From assembly GCA_964016885.1 (NCBI GenBank), contig OZ024753.1, positions 29,016,001 to 29,080,000 of the forward strand: DNA of 64,000 bases, given 5' to 3'. Shown here piece by piece: positions 55,614 to 64,000 of the stretch; the first letter of the stretch is position 1, and the number at the start of each line of letters is the position of its first letter. The position numbers were made by a program, and so were the translations under genes. This DNA comes from Eledone cirrhosa (lineage: Eukaryota). The notes beneath the pieces were generated by a model. It was not told the DNA's origin. It searched no databases and worked only from the letters and a program-made list of their open reading frames with translations.

Positions 55614-55830
55614 GTGGTAACACAACAGTTAGTTCACCATACCGAGAACAATTGTTTCGCCTTAGCGGATCTTCAGCTCGTGACCAGTACGAGCTGAGGA
55701 TCCGCTAAGGCGAAACAATTGTTCTCGGTATGGTGAACTAACTGTTGTGTTACCACTTCTACCTAACTCGTCCCATGGACTGAGTGCTCTACCACTACAT
55801 ATATTACATTCCAGTGTTCTACCTCTCTCT
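55610..55830 (+). mobile_element. PLE remnant with back-to-back minimal hammerheads (55643-55680 -, 55690-55727 +)
   Basis: CGAG CTGA(G/A)GA TCC gctaa GGC GAAA CAATTG TT CTCG, within 70-bp near-perfect arms. Confidence 0.72.
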
Positions 55831-55831
55831 C

Positions 55832-55876
<45 letters not shown>

Positions 55877-56001
55877 ACGATTTATTAAATATTCATTATG
55901 TTTATTGATTGGTGACGCGCGTTTTGCTATTGATCAGCATCGATCTGGCCCAACTCTGGAATCAAAAGCTCGTCGGACCACACTCTCTCGCTATATATAT
56001 A

Positions 56002-56052
56002 GGCTCTCCTGATGATTTCTTCGAACGAAACAGTGCTAGTCCTGTAGAAGCC
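56002..56052 (+). ncRNA. Type I hammerhead motif (PLE family C)
   Basis: Stem I GGCT(C)TC/GAAGCC; CTGATGA 56009-15; short stem II TTC/GAA; GAAA; stem III ACAG/CTGT; GTA cleavage after A56046. Confidence 0.6.
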
Positions 56053-56140
56053 ATTTCTATATTAAACATGATGTTTACACTCTACTAATGTATTGACTAC
56101 CTTATTTACTGTGGTTACCCCCGATTGAACCCGGGATATA

Positions 56141-56184
<44 letters not shown>

Positions 56185-56590
56185 GTAAATCTGAGTTTTT
56201 CGAATATTAATAATATTTGATTCATTTGCAATTATACAAACAGCCTCTTCAGCCATGTCAGTAGAATGACCTCGTCATTCTTGTTTTAAGCTAGTGCCAA
56301 TCTTCGCGCCCATTAAATAAACTATCTACCGTCCATCATAGTTGATAGGTTTTTATACTAAGAAAACTCCATAGCATATATCTTAGCTGCAATACCACTG
56401 GATTTATACTTGAAACAGTCAGATATACGTTTGCTTACAGCATATCAGAACTATAATAAAACTGATACAATAATAGAGAAGTTATTACACCAACGTGCCG
56501 CTGTAACACCACTGATCTTAGACTAAATATGCTATATTCCTTTACTATATACCTCTTGTCATAGTTGTTTGGTTGTTCACTAAACAAACT

Positions 56591-56983
56591 TGTAGCAAGA
56601 CGGTCTGCAGTGAAATAAAAAGGTGTATGATAAATCAGAAGGCGTTTTGATTGAAAACAAACATAGGAATTTATTAAGTCAAGTTACAAGCCTGACTAAT
56701 GCAGAATATGTGACAAAGGTGTATGTGAGCAGGTCAGTGGGAAATAAGGTTGAAATGTTGCAAATGTTAGCTTTCAGTTACTCACAATGAAGAAGTAAAA
56801 AGTCCTTGTTTCGTATATAAGAATAATGTCCTGAGTTACTGATGGCGATAGAAGTAGGATCACTGGACAGGTCTTGACAGGCTGAACAACCGGCAGCAAC
56901 TAAACTGTTCGGTTTGAATATTCGCGCTCGTCACACTTAGGTGGAAGTGACGTCACCGAGCCTTTGCGCATGTATTCGCTACA
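56591..56983 (-). mobile_element. Probable solo LTR
   Basis: TGTAGC...GCTACA termini, 393 bp. AATAAA on the minus strand near 56670. Imperfect 4-bp TSD AACT/AGCT. Confidence 0.5.
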
Positions 56984-59327
56984 AGCTATACATCAAATAG
57001 TTGGAATTCCTGTGGATTCATTCTAGACATGTTATATATATATATAGTGAGTTCTATAAGTCATTGAAGAGTTGGGATGTTACTGCAGACTTTATCTTCA
57101 TGTAATATATCTATCTCTCTGTCAGTTTGAAGATAGCTGCAATACCATTGGAGTTATGTTGGGTGTTATATATAGTGAGCCGCATAATTCAGTGAACCTT
57201 CGAGATGCCACAGCAGACTTCATATAATGTAACTACCATATGTCAGTTAAGAAGAACCCATCACACAAATACATGCTCTCTCACAGAAAGAGAGGGAGTA
57301 GAGAAAGAGAGGGAGGTAGAGAAAGAGAGGGAGGTAGAGAAAGAGGGAGATAGATAAAGAGAGGGGGAGTCAGAGAGAGAGAAAGAGAAATCCATTCAGC
57401 TCACGAAACGTTCATACAATTTTAAACTACTGACACTTCTTACAAGTTAAATTCCCTTCTGTACGCTATCTATACACGACGAAACAGACCGGGCTTTTGA
57501 GAGTTAACTGTCTTGGATGAAGGTCATAAGGTAAATGACACTGACAGGTTACGAACTCCAGACTGCTCAGCTTGTTATCCCATGTTCTGCCATCTCAGCT
57601 CATTTACAAACTACGTCCTGCACATTAAAAACAGCAATAAATTGTTATTACCAGATAAGATATCATCAAATACTCGTTTTTATTTGATCAAATAGTAGAT
57701 AGAACCATACTAAATGGCAGCCATCGTTTATTCAAACTATAGGTATCATCTCATCAAATATCATCTAGCATCTAAATAAATCGTAGATACGATGAGAGGA
57801 AACTGCAGATATCATTTGATTGAATCATTGATGTCGTGAGATGAAATATCAACTATCAACTCATCAAATTATAAGATCTTATCAATGATTTATCATCAGC
57901 TCAAAGATTAGAAATCAAACCATAGATAGATCATAGATTAACTCTCAGACATAGTCAAACTACAGATAGCATGAAATCGATGTTGGTACAAATATATAAA
58001 CAACGAGGATTTACATGGAATTACATCAACTAACATAACTTAATGTGTAGCAAGTAAGGACATCTTAACGTGAGCCAATTGTCACATGATACAGCACTAG
58101 TTGGATGGGCAATAGGGAATTAGCCTAACAATAAAATATAAGCTATCATCGAAGATCTCATAAGATCATAGCCAGCTTAAATCTCGCGGATAACTGTATA
58201 TAAATAGAGATAAGTGTAGACAGTTCCAGATTTACCACTATGCTTGGCTATGCTTAAGCACAGGGCCCCATTGGACAGGAGAGCCCATCTTCCTGCCCCC
58301 AAAATTTAAACGATGAATTTTTCAAATGTAAGGGGCCTTATAACTTAACTAGCACATGGCCTCATTTGTCCTAAATCCGGCACTGGGTGTAGACGACCTC
58401 GGTAAGCAGCAACAACTCTATATATTTGATGAATGTTTTACTAACTTAGATTGTAATAAAGGGTTCAACGATGTTTCAGCTGTGACCATTTAATCCTTGT
58501 TACATATATATGTTGGTCACTGAGTACTAACAAAGATGGTTTGAAGTGTATCAGATTAGGAAATCTTCACTCACTCACTGAAGGATGTTGAGAAGGACTG
58601 GGAAAACTTATACCTAGCACACAGATCTTCGTGTGTAATTTTATCTCCCCTCAGCAACTATTGGCTTCGCATTAGTTTACTCAAAGTTTGTCATGGGCTA
58701 AATGTAAGCGTCACTTAACTACATTCTTGTACTGACTGTTCGAAGAAAGAATGCAGAGTCTATTATCAAATGGTAAACATATAATAGTGAGACTTGATGT
58801 CTTATTAAAGAGATACGACACGAAATAAACAATATCAGTGATATACTAACAGAGAAACAAACAGTCGTTATCTGTAATTACAATCATTTAATCAAACTAC
58901 AGAAAACAGGGAGTATATGTGAAATAATATTACAGTAATCAAGTATTATATAAAACTTCTAGGTTAAAAATTGAGAACAGAATGACGCAAAAAATAAAAT
59001 AGCCCCAAAAAATAAAAAATAAAAAGTCTTCATTTATCACTACTAACTTTTAAATAATATCAACAGCAATAAGACAGTAACAGTAAACTTTAGCGAAACC
59101 TTTTGGAATAAGCAAGCTATAATGCCTCGAAATGTCAGACAAGCAATCTTCCATTTACCCAACTAAGGCGCACATATAAAACACATATAAAACACATATA
59201 AAACACATACAAAACACATACATACATGTCCCTTCATTATTGGGGAGGACAAAAACAAACAAACAATATCAACCAGACCGCCAACAACACCACAACAAAA
59301 ACGTAATCTATCAAACAAAGTGCTATA

Positions 59328-59369
<42 letters not shown>

Positions 59370-59516
59370 CACACACTGTTAGTCATATATACGAATGACT
59401 ACATATATAGTACACACAAAGGATAATAAAAGAAAATGTTGCACAAAATAAAAGACGCATCCTTTTACACAAATCCATGAATATACACACAGATGCCCAC
59501 ATATATGTCTGTTGTG

Positions 59517-59557
<41 letters not shown>

Positions 59558-59578
59558 ACGTATATATATATATGTATG

Positions 59579-59609
<31 letters not shown>

Positions 59610-60300
59610 TTATATATTTATGAATATATGTGTACATTTATGTATATGTGTGTATGTATATATATATGTGTGTGTGTGTATGCGTGTGTGTCTCTGCATG
59701 CATATGTCATTTGCTCATATATACAAGTATTGACACACAAGCGCAGTCATACAGTCGAATGCAATCTCACATATTCATACGTTAGGTTGTAGAAAAAGAG
59801 ACAGGATTTCAAACACGCTTATCTGTGTATCTGTCTACATTTATGTATAATTATATCCCTACACACACACACACACACGTACACAAAACCATACACACAC
59901 GCGTACAAAACCATATGCTAACACACACACAAAAGCACAAGTATGTAGATACAATCCTACGTATAGCTAAGCATACAAACAAACAAGCTGTGTTTAGCAT
60001 ACTTCTCTTTAAAATATGTAAGACGATGGTGGTGATGCATGTAAAGTAGACGCAGTAATATAAAACTATGACCAGTTAACCTGAGGATATTTTGTTGACA
60101 TATAGATAAACCTTGTTGACAAATACATGGGAAAAAGGTTTCACTGCGTGTTTAGGAAGGTCGCTTTGCAGCCGTGTGGTCCTTGTTTCAATCTGACCAA
60201 GCGGCATCTTGGGTAACACTATGTATAACTCTTAATGTGTTCCAGTGTGGAAGAAAGATATCGAAACAAAGACAAAAGGACATGTTACTGTACGTGGACA

Positions 60301-60343
<43 letters not shown>

Positions 60344-62687
60344 GAGGGGCGTTGTACACGCGGACACGTGAGTGGTTAAGAAGACCATTTTATGCGTTTT
60401 ACAGTCATGGGGTTCCGGTTTCGGGTTATTTACATCGACTCTAGTCCTGAGGTTCTCAAACATTTTAGGCCGCCGCCCTCCCCTCCCTCACGGTCACGTA
60501 ATACCCTCAGCCCCAACCCTATTTCCAGAGAAACCTGCCTACACGCAAATTGTAAATAATATATGATAGATAAAATCATTAATTTATATATAATATACTA
60601 TTGTATCATATTTACGTTCTGAGTTCAAATCCCACTGAGGTTAGCTTTGCTTTTCATCCTTATGGGGTTGGTAAAATTAAGCACCAGTAATGTTCTGGGG
60701 TCGATTTAGTCGACACACCCACCCAAATATATTGCTGGCCTTGTGCCTAAAGTAGAAACAATTATTGTATTATACTATACTATATTATATTATGCTATAT
60801 TATATTACATTATATTTGTGTTAGCGTGTGTACTGATTCATAATAAGCAACGTTAAAATATGAAAAAATAGAACTCATGGAATGAGAGAGAGAGAGAGAG
60901 AGCGAGAGAGAGTGTGAGTGAGTGAGTGAGTGAGAGTGTGAGTGAGAGATGTAAATGGCTGTTTCAATGATAGTCTTAGACTTTGCATCAATTATGTAAT
61001 TTGGTTACAGAAAATAATTTTATCTCTAATGTTTCATTATTTTCGTAGACGATATAATTAGTTTCATGTGGTCTTTATGCAATAAAAATCTTTTAACATT
61101 TACCAGCATTCTCGAAGAATTTTTGACATGCTCTTATTCTAGCTACAAGCCAGGTAGCTGCCAGCTTTTCTACCAAAATATATTGTCTTTAAGGTTATCA
61201 GAAAAAATATTACTGAAGTGAACACCCACGTTTCTGATTCGAATGACGCATAAAGCTCATTACTACTTCTCAGTTTAATATTTAGTTAGAAAAAAGAAAA
61301 AAAAGCAAGTTACAGCTCTGAGAAAAAGAAAAAGAAAAGAAATAAAAAGAAAGAAAAAGAAAAATTATATATATGTGTAGTGAACGTCTTGGAGTGGGAG
61401 ATGAGCTCGTGAAGAATTGATTTGAAATATATCTCCGAACTGACTGGGAGAAAGGCATGAACTCTACAAATGTAAACTCTTCGACTTGATAAAGAAATGG
61501 TGTTATTGGTCCTTAAATTATGTAAAATATCGAAGACATTTCGAGCCAACAAATGAATCCTTCCGTCGTTGCAACCAGCCTCCTTAAAATCAAACCCCGC
61601 CGTCTTAAAATAAAGGACGCATTGGATAACACAATCCACTGTACACTAAGTCTAGTCTAGTCTAAAGTCTTTCACACGCCAGGAGGATCTTCCAGCCGGT
61701 GCTGATCCCAGTTTTCTGGTGTGAAACGACTGTCAGTAACAGACAGGACGCCAGTCCATCGCAGAATTAAACCCCTAAATATTGCTAGTATTCATGTTTA
61801 GCTGAGTATACTTGAGCAACATGAAATGAAGTGTTTTCCTCAAGAACACAACACACAACCCAGCCCAGGAATCGAACCCACGACATTATGACCGTAAGTC
61901 CAACACCCTTACCACTAGGCCACACCAGAAAAGAAAACACAAGAAATGGTCTCAGCTAAAATACTTTTGATCCTAGGTCCACACTAGCTTTGACGAACGG
62001 GGTGTACAGCTACAACGTAAAACATCTTCAAGCAATAACATGAACTTGTGGTTTTTACGAGATTAACCACACAAGCAAAATGAAATAACTGAAATGAATA
62101 ACCTAAACTTGCTCACGAAATAGGCGAACGAAAAACTATTTTTATTCTACTTTGAATCACACCAAAATCGCTGAGTATATCGATATGTATGCAAGTAACA
62201 TTCTTAAGAATATATAAATAGAAACATGTATATAATTAATTTTCTTCATTAAAGCCTTATCTGTGCTTCATGGGTGTAATATGTGGTTAGAATTGCAAAT
62301 GTCTCGGTTATTTGTTATATTATCATAACGTGTGTTATGATTACGGCTCCAGCTGATGTTAGGATAACCTATAACAGAATGCCGTAGGAAGGAGAGCATA
62401 TATTAAATCAAAGCACATGATGGTAGCATACAGATTAAAATCCATACCATATTCAGTAAACAGATAGCTGTTTCTAGGTAGCGAAACACGTGTCAATTGC
62501 ATAATAAATGTTGATCCTCTAACTCCGATATAGTCATATTCATGTTACTTGTTATATTATATATAAACACCTCCATCGTACCCGCAGTTAATCAACACTT
62601 GATAAACCTTTTACCTGTCGAGTCAAAAACCATTATATGTTGATGTGGTCTTCGATCTCCCCTAACGAAATCTGATCACGACTATAC

Positions 62688-62725
<38 letters not shown>

Positions 62726-62811
62726 GAGAGAGAGTTCATTAAATTTCTTTTTGTGAAACAATTGTACCCAGGCTTGATCAATAAATTTCTTCATGTAACA
62801 CCTCCACTTTG

Positions 62812-62814
<3 letters not shown>

Positions 62815-62889
<75 letters not shown>
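62815..62889. repeat. (TA)n microsatellite
   Basis: Read directly. Confidence 0.97.
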
Positions 62890-62891
<2 letters not shown>

Positions 62892-64000
62892 GTAAGTCAT
62901 GGAAACAAGAAACAAACAATCAAGAGGATGCAATCACCAGTGATCTCACCTGAAAGAAATTTGGTGAAAGCAGTATCGTTATCCTTACCATCAGCAGATC
63001 TTTAGATCTTTGCAGCAGATCTGGCACATAAATCTCTCGGCTCCATCTGTCTGTCATTTCTAAGATCGATAGTTTCCTTTCGCAACCAGTGCTAATAGAG
63101 TTTTCTAGGATCATAATTTTTTTTTTTTTTTTTTTTTTTACTATAATGGATTTTAGCATATAACATGGGTCGGCAACCTTTTAGAGGTGTGCCGGCCATA
63201 TTGCTATGTAGTGTTTCGTCAGCGGCCCATGATATCAAAATATTATAAATTTGCTCGATTTCAGACTGTTCTGTCCAGGTTACCTAAATCCCGTGATTCA
63301 AAGAAGAACAATGAATGTTATGTGATATTACATGTTATATGCCATATAACATGAAAAGGCTGTGGATCGACAGAATCGGTAGAGTAACAGACCACATGCC
63401 TTGGATTTAAACCCATACCTTGACGTTCTCATTTCAATTCTTTGTGGCTCCATTAAAATAAAAAATGCCAGTTGAGTAATATGGGGCGATCACATCGATT
63501 ATAGCTATCCCCAAATTTCAGACTTTGTGCCTATCTTAAAAGATTTGGAGATTACATATATTGTAGTTAATAGAATCGTAGAGTTTTCAACTGATTGTCT
63601 ATAAACAAATGACCTCCAGACCAAACAGTTTTTCACAGCCTCTTCTGTAACCTACAACAGCTGCTAAGATATCAACGCCCTTCAGCATTTTAGGTAGTCA
63701 GAGGTGGTGGTGTTTAAACAGCAAACTGAAAAGGTATAAAGGTATACAATGGAAATATTTGGGGGTGTATAGTTGAATTCCAGGCTGGTGGAATAATAAT
63801 AGTATTTGATGTGATGCGGAAACATCAGGGATCATTTGAGTGAAATATAGTACGAATAATAGCCATAACAGACAAGCAGAAACACAGATGTAGAGCTAAA
63901 TACAAATACATTCCTGCAACAGGCAACGGGCTGATAGCCAGTTTTAGAAGAGGCCAACGGAAAACTGCAAAAACAAATGAAACGAAAGCAGAAACATAAA

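Noticed and set aside
57040-58180. Diverged ~130-bp duplication and ATCATC-rich stretch
   Set aside because: Too degenerate to define by eye, probably old repeat debris.

Overview
Repeat-dominated animal genomic DNA. The SINE families and extreme (TA)n content suggest a cephalopod/octopus-like genome (inference). No host protein-coding exon can be supported. (1) 1-9613 is a same-strand stack of seven Tx1-clade (L1 superfamily) LINE copies, one near full length, each ending in a (GATA/GGTA)n microsatellite, which points to a microsatellite-targeted Tx1 family. (2) 12-56 kb holds about 18 Penelope-like (PLE) remnants, mostly inverted-repeat insertions into (TA)n, carrying roughly 15 type I hammerhead ribozyme motifs. 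These include a non-coding 595-nt tandem retrozyme-like element with a compensated U3-A8 core, and an ACTC...GAGT tail motif shared across unrelated families. (3) RTE, CRE-clade and Vingi-like LINE fragments, tRNA-derived SINEs, hAT and Tc1 MITEs, a probable solo LTR, multi-kb (TA)n tracts and a 200-N gap. A consensus-like AG|GTAAGT site on the minus strand (38185/38186) suggests the window may lie in a long, possibly recursively spliced intron. All structures were derived by eye and boundaries are approximate.
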